A stretch of 64,000 bases of DNA, taken from positions 12,760-76,759 of the IMG/VR virus record IMGVR_UViG_2974793816_000001. One strand, given 5' to 3'. A program made the translations under genes and the position numbers. This document shows positions 53,489-62,135 of the stretch, one piece after another (the first letter of the stretch is position 1; every line of letters begins with the position of its first letter). Under the pieces are notes generated by a model. The model was not told the DNA's origin and made no database searches. It saw nothing but the letters and a program-made list of their open reading frames with translations. Source of the stretch: a virus (lineage: Duplodnaviria; Heunggongvirae; Uroviricota; Caudoviricetes; Thumleimavirales; Hafunaviridae).

Positions 53489-53932
53489 TTATTCGTCGGC
53501 CTGTTCAAACCAGAACTTCACTCCGACTCCCTTTCCGGTGAGGGTGGAGAATGAGAACTTGAATCCGAACTCCTCCATCGTCTTCCGCTCGCTGTTCATC
53601 ACGAGGTGGGAACATGGGTCGCCACTACTGTCCACGTAGGGATGGAACGGAATCAGGAGCATCTGAACGTCTCCCTCGTTCCCGATTCGGATGTGACTCA
53701 GCTCACGGAACCGCTCGGGAAGCTCGTCGAGGATTCGTTCTTCGAGGTCGTCGTAGTCCACGTCCTCGGTCGTCGGTTCGTCGGTGCTGTCGCTACCTGC
53801 CGGAAGTGCTTTGGTACTCATTTGAGGATTACTCGCTGGTTTCTCGCTCTCGCTCTCGCCGGGCGCAGATGTTGCTGAGGAACAGCTTGAGCGAATACTC
53901 GGGAATCGGTCGGTCGGCGTTCTCCACGGCAA
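53489..53932 (-). CDS. hypothetical protein
   Basis: 147-aa acidic ORF. Confidence 0.3.
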   Translation of the reverse strand: MPWRTPTDRFPSIRSSCSSATSAPGESESEKPASNPQMSTKALPAGSDSTDEPTTEDVDYDDLEERILDELPERFRELSHIRIGNEGDVQMLLIPFHPYVDSSGDPCSHLVMNSERKTMEEFGFKFSFSTLTGKGVGVKFWFEQADE

Positions 53933-54482
53933 CCCGTGGGCTGATTACCTCGAACGGCACACCGTCCGGGTCGTACATCCGCCACTCTCCCTGTCCGAGA
54001 GCTTCGAGGGTGTACGTCACCGGCTCCTTCGATGACAGGCTGATGTGGTAGTCGTACTCGTACCGGACTCCCTCGGAGTGAAGCGGCCCTTCGAGCAGTT
54101 GTATCGCTTCACCCAAGTCCTCTCGGGTTTCCTCGATGAAGCGAAGCTTCGTGATGATGTCGTTGTAGAGTCCAGCGTAGGCGAGCTGTTGAACAGCCTC
54201 CTGCTGGTCTTCCGGGTCGTCGTAGAACCGTTCACCTCCCTCGTTGTAGAACCCTTCATCGGCGTGATAAATCACGCACCGCTGGTAATACTGGATGAGG
54301 TCGTGGTTCTGAACGGCGGCCTCAGCGACCGCCCACAGCGGGATTTCCTCCGGTAACTCGTTCGGACAGTAGGCCGGGGTTCGTATCTCCTCGGCCCCCT
54401 CCAGAGCGTAGTCGTAGTATCGCTTTGCCGTTGCCTGTACCTCTCGGATGTAACTCTCGAACGTGTCGTACTTGTTAGTCAT
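53829..54482 (-). CDS. hypothetical protein
   Basis: 217-aa ORF. Confidence 0.35.
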   Translation of the reverse strand: MTNKYDTFESYIREVQATAKRYYDYALEGAEEIRTPAYCPNELPEEIPLWAVAEAAVQNHDLIQYYQRCVIYHADEGFYNEGGERFYDDPEDQQEAVQQLAYAGLYNDIITKLRFIEETREDLGEAIQLLEGPLHSEGVRYEYDYHISLSSKEPVTYTLEALGQGEWRMYDPDGVPFEVISPRVAVENADRPIPEYSLKLFLSNICARRERERETSE

Positions 54483-54489
54483 AGTCTGA

Positions 54490-54939
54490 TTACCGCCGGA
54501 GTCCCTTCATCGACGGGCAACCTGCCTCGATGTAGCTGAACAGAGCGCAGGTGTAGAAGTCCTGCTTGAACCTCCACGGAGTGTGGGGGTGGTTCACCAT
54601 CGCTTCCATCTCGTAGAACAGAGTCGGAGTGATTGTGGTCTGGATGTTGTTGTCGCTCGTTCTGTTGGCGACCTCCAGAATCTCCGCCACGTCACGAGTC
54701 TCCCCGGTCGCATCGAGGTAGAACAGAAGTGCGTCGTTCACGAACTGACTGACGCTCCGCCACTTCGCGCTCCGAATCGCCGTCTCCGTCACGAAGCTCT
54801 TGACCTTATCGTTGACGTAGACCTTCGCCGCCTTCGTCCGGTTTTCCGTGGTCGTCTTGAACTTGTAGGTGACTGCTTCGCTCGGAGTGTGGTCGTCGTA
54901 CAGTTCGTCGTTAACGTCGATGGTGGTATCGGCAGACAT
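54490..54939 (-). CDS. hypothetical protein
   Basis: Start set at internal Met MSADTTIDV, about 35 nt downstream of hammerhead-like copy 3. Confidence 0.35.
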   Translation of the reverse strand: MSADTTIDVNDELYDDHTPSEAVTYKFKTTTENRTKAAKVYVNDKVKSFVTETAIRSAKWRSVSQFVNDALLFYLDATGETRDVAEILEVANRTSDNNIQTTITPTLFYEMEAMVNHPHTPWRFKQDFYTCALFSYIEAGCPSMKGLRR

Positions 54940-54974
54940 AGTTCTAACTCGTTTGCTCCTCCGCCTTTCCGTGG

Positions 54975-55037
54975 CTGGCATCATCAGGACAGTAGCGCCA
55001 CCTACTGCCGACACTCCCCGAGGGAGTGTTTCGCCAA
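54975..55037 (-). ncRNA. hammerhead-like structured RNA element, copy 3 (canonical CUGAUGA box)
   Basis: UUGGC-GAA-ACACUCCC(UCGG)GGGAGUGU-C-GGCAGUAG(GUGGCG)CUACUGUC-CUGAUGA-U-GCCAG. Preceded by a TAATTTAAATATC TATA box. Confidence 0.45.
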
Positions 55038-55190
55038 AATTGATATTTAAATTATATGTGGGAAACTTCTGCTCCGATAACCGCCGCCCAAATTAGAACC
55101 CAAATCAGAAAGACCGCGAACAGACTCACACCGACACCGCACAACAGGCCCCGCCACCGCCTCGTCGCTTGAAGAACTCTCGAAGGAGGT

Positions 55191-56042
55191 CTACCACAGC
55201 TCGACCCCCGGAGTATCCACGTACAGCGGGCCGATTAGCTCCGTCACTTCGCTGAAGTTCTCCGGCTCCACGATGAAGCCCCGCCACGCCAAGCTGAACT
55301 TCCCGAGGTCACGTTCCTTCAGCTCCTCGTCAATCACCCGGCAGATGTGACCGTTGTAGAGCCGGGGAATCACGAAGAACCCCTGAGGGAACTGTTCTAT
55401 CTGGAAGGTCGTCGGCTTCTCCTTCACGAGTGAACCCCACAGGTGGGTCTTCTCCGGGTCGCTTCCGTGCTGAGACTTCCACATCTGAGTCACGAGGCTC
55501 CGGTAGCGTTCGTGGGTGTGGAGAGCTTCGACGTTCCTCGGCTCTTTCAACACATCGAGCGTGTCTATCTCATCGAGGTGGTGCTTGAGGTCGTCCACCA
55601 CGAGGGCCTTTGCGATGTTCTCGTTCAGCTCCTTCATCACGCCGTAGAGGGTATCCGACGCCCATCCATCCTCCACGGTCTGCTCGATTGTCTCCGGGTC
55701 AAGAACGAACCGGCGGTTGTAGGAGAACACCTTACCACCGACCGATTCGTAATACTGCTCGATGCGTCCGAACTCCGTCTCCCACACCTTCGGGTCGTCG
55801 TTGGCGGCCTCGAAGTCAGGACGTTCCTCGAAAATCGTCTTGCTCTTTCCGTTGAAGATTTCCCGAATCCAGAAGTCGTCGTAGAGAGGCTTCGGGTCGT
55901 CCGGGTCGGTGAGCTGACCGGCCTTCCACACCGGATGAACCGGGTCGTCGGGCTTCAGGGTCGTCGTTCCGATGTGTTTGTTCTTCTTAAGTTCGACCAG
56001 CGATTCTCCAGCCGTCGTCTCGATAGCAGTTGGAACGCTCAT
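55191..56042 (-). CDS. hypothetical protein (283 aa)
   Basis: Acidic ORF. Confidence 0.35.
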   Translation of the reverse strand: MSVPTAIETTAGESLVELKKNKHIGTTTLKPDDPVHPVWKAGQLTDPDDPKPLYDDFWIREIFNGKSKTIFEERPDFEAANDDPKVWETEFGRIEQYYESVGGKVFSYNRRFVLDPETIEQTVEDGWASDTLYGVMKELNENIAKALVVDDLKHHLDEIDTLDVLKEPRNVEALHTHERYRSLVTQMWKSQHGSDPEKTHLWGSLVKEKPTTFQIEQFPQGFFVIPRLYNGHICRVIDEELKERDLGKFSLAWRGFIVEPENFSEVTELIGPLYVDTPGVELW

Positions 56043-56246
56043 TTTGAGTCTTTAGGGTTTACCGAGTCATTCGCCGCGCCGCCATTCCACCAACGAACTT
56101 CTGGTGGTGCTGTCCACAGAGGATGAACCGCGCCGTGTCGTCCTCCGCAATCCGACTCCCCTCGTAAGGGCAGGGGTCGTCGTCGGTCGCAACTTCTCGT
56201 CCGTGGTGACACATCTCGCCGCCGTGGTAGTGTTGAAATTCAACCA

Positions 56247-56489
56247 TTAGTGGGAAGTCTCCTCGTGAAGTACCGCGCTGAACATATCGTTCCGGTCTTG
56301 CCACCACCGCTTCCAGAGGCAACGGAAGTTGCTACACCGGACTCCGTAACTTCGTTCTTCAACGGTGCTGTCACACCGTGGGCAGTTCTTTGGGTAGTCG
56401 TCGTGTGGTTCCATTACTGAGTGACCTCTCTCGCACAGCTCCGGCAGTAGTACCGCTTGTCCGAATCGCTCGGGAAGGCTATTCGCCAC
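56247..56489 (-). CDS. zinc-ribbon protein
   Basis: CPRCDSTVEERSYGVRCSNFRC. Confidence 0.3.
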   Translation of the reverse strand: MANSLPERFGQAVLLPELCERGHSVMEPHDDYPKNCPRCDSTVEERSYGVRCSNFRCLWKRWWQDRNDMFSAVLHEETSH

Positions 56490-56695
56490 TCTCCAGTCTC
56501 ATTATCCCGAGTAACAGGAGTTCCGTTCAATCGAGGGCCGCCACATCTCTCACACTCTAAGGCCACGTTCCACCTCGGAACTCGATGAAGCGGTCTTCGT
56601 CGTGGTCGTAGTAGCCCCGAACTTCTCGGTGACAGTCGTTACATCGCCACTTGGTTCGCTTTCCCCGACCGACTAACCAACGGCGGTCTTGATGC

Positions 56696-56965
56696 TCACA
56701 CATTGATGGTCAGCTCCAGAATCTCGCTCGTTCGGAACGGCTTGCTCGGGTCTTGTCCCTGAACGGTGGACTCGATAACGACCTCCGCCACCTTCTCGTG
56801 GGGATAGTCCTTAGCGTACACTCCGGCTTCTTCAAGCCTCGATGCGACTTCCCGCCGAGTTTCCAGCGGGAGCTTGTTCGGCTTGAGGTAGAACATATGT
56901 CCACCTCGGGAGTCGTTCTTCGGCCCGGCTCGAACGTCGTGAGTCTTGGTATGGGTGACACTCAT
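56696..56965 (-). CDS. hypothetical small protein
   Basis: 89-aa ORF. Confidence 0.3.
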   Translation of the reverse strand: MSVTHTKTHDVRAGPKNDSRGGHMFYLKPNKLPLETRREVASRLEEAGVYAKDYPHEKVAEVVIESTVQGQDPSKPFRTSEILELTINV

Positions 56966-57333
56966 CGGTTGTCAGGGTGGAAGATGTGGTTCTTCGGGTA
57001 GTCTCTCTGAGCCGACCATCCGAAGGACTTGAGCCACACCGAGAGACAGCCTTCACAGAGGAAGACCGTCATATAGCCGCCGTTGATACCTCCGGTGTAA
57101 TCGCTCAGCACTCCTTTGTCCCGACCTCCCCGGTTACACTCCGGGCAGTAGTCGTCGTGGTGGTATCCCTCGAAGTGAATCCCCGAAGGCATCGACCGGA
57201 AGGGGTTGTCGTCAGAAGCGTGAGGCATCTCGAAGTCTTCGGTATCCACTCCCCACGTTTCCACGAGGGCTTCCCGTCGCTCGATTCCGATTAACTCTCT
57301 ATCACCGTCGCTGTCGTTGGTTTCAACACTCAT
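56962..57333 (-). CDS. zinc-binding protein
   Basis: CPECNRGG...CEGC. Confidence 0.35.
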   Translation of the reverse strand: MSVETNDSDGDRELIGIERREALVETWGVDTEDFEMPHASDDNPFRSMPSGIHFEGYHHDDYCPECNRGGRDKGVLSDYTGGINGGYMTVFLCEGCLSVWLKSFGWSAQRDYPKNHIFHPDNR

Positions 57334-57351
57334 TATTGTATCTCCGAGTCT

Positions 57352-58020
57352 TTAGACCGAACCGACGACCGTAATCTCCTCACTCTCGATAGCGGCGTCC
57401 AACTCCATCGAGTCGTCCCAAACCTTTCCGCAATCCTCACAGAACGCTTCTGCTCCGTAGGTTCCTCGGTCGGTCACTACGTGGTCGTGGTCACAGACCT
57501 CGTTCTGGTAGTGGAATTTCTCCTCACGGAGTTCGTCGATGCGCTCCTCGACGGCCCAATGAAGGGCATTTCGGATGGAAGCCTCGATTTCGGCCTCGTT
57601 GACGCCGTTCTCGTAGGCATCCTTAATCTCTCCCGGCGTTGCCTCGACGGTGAACTCGACAGTCACCGTTCCCCACTTCTCTCCGGTGTATTCCTCACAC
57701 CGGAGCTTCGAGCCGCCACGAGAACCGTGCTTCATCTCCCACTTCCCTCGGGAGTAGGGGACGACCTGCCAATCCGGGGAGCAGGCATACTTCGCCATTC
57801 CCTCGATGTGACCCTTGTGGTCATACGTTTTCAGGGTGACGTGGGGGAGCTTCACCCGGAGATGCTTCATATCCCTCGGGTACAGCTCGAACCATCGTCC
57901 CATCCAGCGGGCCTTCCGAACCCGCTTCCACGCTTCCTCATCGTTGGCGTGGAATCGGTAGTGGTAGTCCCGACCGTCCGGGTTCCCCATCCAGTCCTTG
58001 GGGTAGTCTCTCCACGTCAT
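57352..58020 (-). CDS. hypothetical protein (222 aa)
   Basis: ORF with a C-terminal Cys pair CEDCGKVW. Confidence 0.35.
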   Translation of the reverse strand: MTWRDYPKDWMGNPDGRDYHYRFHANDEEAWKRVRKARWMGRWFELYPRDMKHLRVKLPHVTLKTYDHKGHIEGMAKYACSPDWQVVPYSRGKWEMKHGSRGGSKLRCEEYTGEKWGTVTVEFTVEATPGEIKDAYENGVNEAEIEASIRNALHWAVEERIDELREEKFHYQNEVCDHDHVVTDRGTYGAEAFCEDCGKVWDDSMELDAAIESEEITVVGSV

Positions 58021-58138
58021 TACTCGTCGTCCTCCGGTAAGAGGTCGCCGTACTTCGTCTTGCTACGCTTGCTTCGCCGCTCGGCTTTCTCGATGTTGTC
58101 CAGCTCGTCGTCGGTTAGGGTTTCTTCGAGTGTCGTCA

Positions 58139-58393
58139 TTAGGCTTCAACCTCCTCGATGGGGAGAATCAGCGGTTCGTTCTCCACGTCAATCGGGTCTT
58201 CCGACCAGAAGAACACACCAAATGTCTCCGAGTCGTACTGGTGAACGTCGTAGGCTTCGGTGTAGTTCTCGTCGTCTTCAAACGACTCGTTGAACGTCGT
58301 GACTGCTTCCACATCCGAGTCGGCAGTAACGGTGATTTCGTAGCGGTTCTCTCTCATCCCGTGGTTACTGAGTCCTATTACTGACATTATCAC
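58139..58393 (-). CDS. hypothetical small protein
   Basis: 84-aa acidic ORF. Confidence 0.3.
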   Translation of the reverse strand: MIMSVIGLSNHGMRENRYEITVTADSDVEAVTTFNESFEDDENYTEAYDVHQYDSETFGVFFWSEDPIDVENEPLILPIEEVEA

Positions 58394-58496
58394 TCCACGA
58401 TGTAGTGACCGTTCGGCGTCTCGTAGACCGTACCGGGCTTCACGTAGTCGTCGTCCTCTGCCATTACCTCACTCACCGCGATTTCGAGAATGTCCA

Positions 58497-58772
58497 TTAG
58501 TATCCTGCCTCGTAGACCGCTTCCGCTTGCTCGAACTCCGATTCATCAGCGTCGGTGAATAACTCGATTTCCACTACGGCTCGGGGATAACCCTCGGTAT
58601 CCACGATGAAGTTCTCGTAGAGAATCCATCGCTCACCGAGTCCGAGGTCTTCCTCCAGAAGCTCCGTCGCCGCGAAGATAGCATCGAGGTCGTCGTCTTC
58701 GTCCACCGCATATTCAGCGGCGAACACATCCAGACTTTCTTTGAGAGAGCTGATTACTTTCTCGTAGTTCAT
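58497..58772 (-). CDS. hypothetical small protein
   Basis: 91-aa acidic ORF. Confidence 0.3.
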   Translation of the reverse strand: MNYEKVISSLKESLDVFAAEYAVDEDDDLDAIFAATELLEEDLGLGERWILYENFIVDTEGYPRAVVEIELFTDADESEFEQAEAVYEAGY

Positions 58773-59290
58773 TCCTTGATGATTTGGAGTCCCCGATTCG
58801 CTTCGAGGACGTGTTCCGCCGCTTCCTTCGAGGGGAACGACTCGATAATCTCGAATCGTGCTTCCTCGTTCTCTACAACCGGCTCTGTCGGGTCGATTAG
58901 GTGGTATTTCATACTGCTACCAGCTCAGGTTTTGCTCGGTGTTGTGGTTCCGACGTTGGAGCCATCGAGACTATCGGGCCGGATGGTTCGACTGTCACCG
59001 CCACGGCTCCCGCCGCTGGTGGTTCGTCGTCGTCGCTTCCGTCGTCCCTCGGTCGAATCTTCAGGAGAGGATTCGCGTTGCTCTCGTCGTCGCTTCCACT
59101 CTCGGTATCGCTCTCGTCGGATTGTTTGGGCAAGTATGTCACCGCTCAAAGGTGAGCAACCTTCTCCATCGGGTCGTTGAAGCCGTCCAGTTCGTCCATA
59201 TCGAAGCCGGGTTCATCCCGGTCGTCGTAGCTCGATGCGTCGTTCATCTCCGGGTCGTGGAAGTCGGGGTAGTAGTTGTTCATCGTTGGA

Positions 59291-59581
59291 TTACAGCACG
59301 TTCAGAGCATCTTCCAGCTCCTTGTCGAACAGCGCCACAAGTTGCTCAATCGCCTGTCCCTCTCGGTCGATTGCGTTGAACGGGAAGCCATCTACATCGT
59401 AAACGATGTAGGAAGCCTCAGTCGGCTCAATCGCAATTGAACCCCACTCGATTTGGTCGTCGTAGAACTTCGCTACCGAAGCTCGCCGGAGTCGGTGGAG
59501 GTAGTCTCCGACCTTCTTTTCGAGGTCGGCTTCGCTTAGGTCGATACGCCGGTCTTCGTTTGGTGTCGTTGCTACTGCCAT
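59291..59581 (-). CDS. hypothetical small protein
   Basis: Internal-Met start MAVATTPNEDRR. Confidence 0.3.
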   Translation of the reverse strand: MAVATTPNEDRRIDLSEADLEKKVGDYLHRLRRASVAKFYDDQIEWGSIAIEPTEASYIVYDVDGFPFNAIDREGQAIEQLVALFDKELEDALNVL

Positions 59582-59681
59582 AGGTGTCACCCGGTAGCTC
59601 GTGCTACCAGAAGCTCCGCTACGGAGTCGAACCGTAGTTGCCGCCACTCGGAGCAAGAGTTGAAGTTGCTTGTCTGAGTCT

Positions 59682-60041
59682 TTATACCGGAGAAAGTGCG
59701 ATTTTCCTCCCGTTCCTTACGTCGTTATCGAGGTGAACGTGGTTGTGCTGAGTCTCGTGCTTCTTTCCATCCTCTCGAAGCTCCACGTAGTCGGCGTCGG
59801 TTACTGTCCCGGTGTCGTACTCCATCGTGAAGGCTTCTCGCTCTCGAATCCACGAGAGTCCAGCTCCCGTATCCCACAGGTAGAACAGTCCTTCCTCGAT
59901 ACGGTCTTCGGGAGCTTCGGGTTCTTCGCTTAGGTGAAGTGCCGTCTCACCTACCCCGTCGATGAGTTTAACCTCCCATTCTCCGTAAGCGTTCTTCCAC
60001 GTTCGGTACACCTCATAGTCCGGTATCTCGTTGTATTCCAT
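59682..60041 (-). CDS. hypothetical protein
   Basis: 119-aa ORF. Confidence 0.3.
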   Translation of the reverse strand: MEYNEIPDYEVYRTWKNAYGEWEVKLIDGVGETALHLSEEPEAPEDRIEEGLFYLWDTGAGLSWIREREAFTMEYDTGTVTDADYVELREDGKKHETQHNHVHLDNDVRNGRKIALSPV

Positions 60042-60360
60042 CTTTAGAACCTCGTGTATCCTCTACGGTAGTCAGCTCGCTTTGCTCGTTCGAGGTCGCA
60101 GTACCAACAGTCACAGTCCGGCTTGAAGGAGTGCGGTCGCTTCATAGGCAGTTGGAGTAACCGCAGGCTTCGCATCCGAAGGCTCCAAAAGAGGCTCCTC
60201 CGACGTGTGTTGGCTCATCCTCCCAATACGATTCCTCACCGGCTTCGCAGTCGTCGTTGAAGTGGCACATTTGACTTTAGTGGTTACTCACATCGAGTCG
60301 TTGTCCCCGAGAAAGGTCTTCACTCTCAAAGACAACGTTGCGGTATTAAGTCTTTACTGT

Positions 60361-60720
60361 TTACATCCAAGCTCCGGTATAGGCCGCTCCGCGACCTTCC
60401 CGAATCTTTTGCTGGCGTTCTCTCCGGCGCTTTTCCTGTTGCTGGAGGCTCTTGAGCTTCTTACCCGTCCCTCGGTAGGTCGTCACTATCGACTCGTCCT
60501 TCGGGTCTATGACCACCGTGATGAGCTGACCGCTCCATCGAGTCTCTAAGAGAACCCGACCTTTGCGACCGAGGTGTGCCTCGCCGCTCTCGATAGCTTG
60601 GTCTATCGCTTCCATCGCAATCCGTCGCTCGCGCCGCCGGTTCCCTCCGTGGGAAAGTGGGTTGTATTCGTAGTCCTTTGCGTCTCGGCTGAAGGTTGGT
60701 GTCTCGTTCATAGTTGTCAC
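60361..60720 (-). CDS. hypothetical basic protein
   Basis: 119 aa, Arg/Lys-rich. ATGA overlap with the upstream gene. Confidence 0.3.
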   Translation of the reverse strand: MTTMNETPTFSRDAKDYEYNPLSHGGNRRRERRIAMEAIDQAIESGEAHLGRKGRVLLETRWSGQLITVVIDPKDESIVTTYRGTGKKLKSLQQQEKRRRERQQKIREGRGAAYTGAWM

Positions 60721-61055
60721 TCGCTGTCGTGGTAACTGGAGTAGCGCCGCCGGTACTTCTCGGCTTTCTTACGATTCTCGATTTCCTCGTCGGTAAGGCC
60801 GGAGCCTTCGTATTCCTCCGGCTCTCTCGTTGGCTCGTGATGGGGATGAATCTCACTTGGGTCGGGAGTCCATCCCATATACTCGGCTAACTCCTCACCT
60901 TTCAGAAGCTCTCCCTCACGTCGTTCCTCAACTACCGCTCCGAAGGCTCGATGCCTCTGGTCGATTTTGAGGTCAGCTCGGTGGCTCCATTGGTTTTGCT
61001 TCTCGCTATCGGACTGTGTTACAGTCCCGAGTTTTGGCGAAAACATTGGTGTCAC
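60717..61055 (-). CDS. hypothetical protein
   Basis: 112-aa ORF. Confidence 0.3.
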   Translation of the reverse strand: MTPMFSPKLGTVTQSDSEKQNQWSHRADLKIDQRHRAFGAVVEERREGELLKGEELAEYMGWTPDPSEIHPHHEPTREPEEYEGSGLTDEEIENRKKAEKYRRRYSSYHDSE

Positions 61056-61148
61056 TTGCCGGTAGCTTACGCTACCGAGGCCCTTCCGGGGAGTCGAACC
61101 CCGGTGTCGCCACTAAGGGTTAAAGAAGTGTCTTTGAGTCTTTGCGCC

Positions 61149-62050
61149 TTACTCGGAGTTTTCGAGCAACTGCTGGAGAAGGGCGTCCTTCTCGCGCTGG
61201 CTCATCTCACTCACGTCGGGAACCTCCGGCTCGGGAAGCTCGACGTGTTCCTCGTAGTCTTCCCAGTCCAGACTAATCTGGTTCTCCACGATGTGCTGGA
61301 GCAGAGCCTTCCCGTACTTGTTCCCGATACCCTTCACTTCCGTAGGGTCGAACAGGTCGCCGGGAAGCCCAAGACCTTCCTCGGTGTCACTACCGCTATC
61401 GCCGTCGCTGTTGTTCGTATCGTTCGATTCCGCCGTCTCATCGACTTCGACTTCTCCGAAGTAGTCACTCAGAAGGGTCTTGAGGCGTTCCTCGGCTTCC
61501 TCGTAGGTCGGAACAGCTCCGACCTCGAAGCCTTCCGTAGCCTCTTGACGACCTTCACTTGCCACTACCGGGACAATCGGCTCCCCGTCGCTGTTGATGG
61601 GAACCATCACGGTGTCACTTGCCTCGATGATTTCTTGCGAGAGCAGTAGCTCACGCTGGAACTCATCTGCCTCGGCAAGAGGCTTCACACCGAACCCGCC
61701 GTTTTCCTCCTTTAAGGAGTCGTACTTGCCACTAAAGGCGTTGTAGTCGTTGGCGGTGTAGTCGGTGGAAAGGAAGAACGCTCTCCCGAGGGAGCCGTCG
61801 CTATCGTTAGCTTCGCACGGCTCAATCAGGTTCACATTCCGGGGCGCTTCACACCACTTAGCGATGTCACTCTCGCCGCCCTTCTTCACAGAATCCTCTC
61901 CAAAGGCTTTCCGAACCTCGTGAGCTAAGCTCACAACGGAGTGGTCGTCCTTCTGAAGAAGGTCGTAGAGGTCGCTAACAGGGTTAGCGCCGATGGTGTT
62001 CACCGTGTTCTCAACGAAGTCGCCGTCGCTGTTGACTTTCACAGACATAG
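61149..62050 (-). CDS. helix-hairpin-helix DNA-binding protein
   Basis: C-terminal LFDPTEVKGIGNKYGKALL motif. Start at MSVKVNSDGDF. Confidence 0.35.
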
Positions 62051-62135
62051 TTCGTTGGGTGTCACTTAGTGCTACTTTCCGAAGGGGAAGCACCAAACCC
62101 CCCATTCCGACAGGTAGGAGAGAGATTAGTCTCAC

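Noticed and set aside
61050-61125. T-arm-like hairpin CCGGGG-agtcgaa-CCCCGG resembling a tRNA T arm (GGTTCGACTCC on the minus strand)
   Set aside because: No acceptor, D or anticodon arms can be built around it. Only about 9 nt separate the putative acceptor strand from the T arm. Probably a simple intergenic hairpin.
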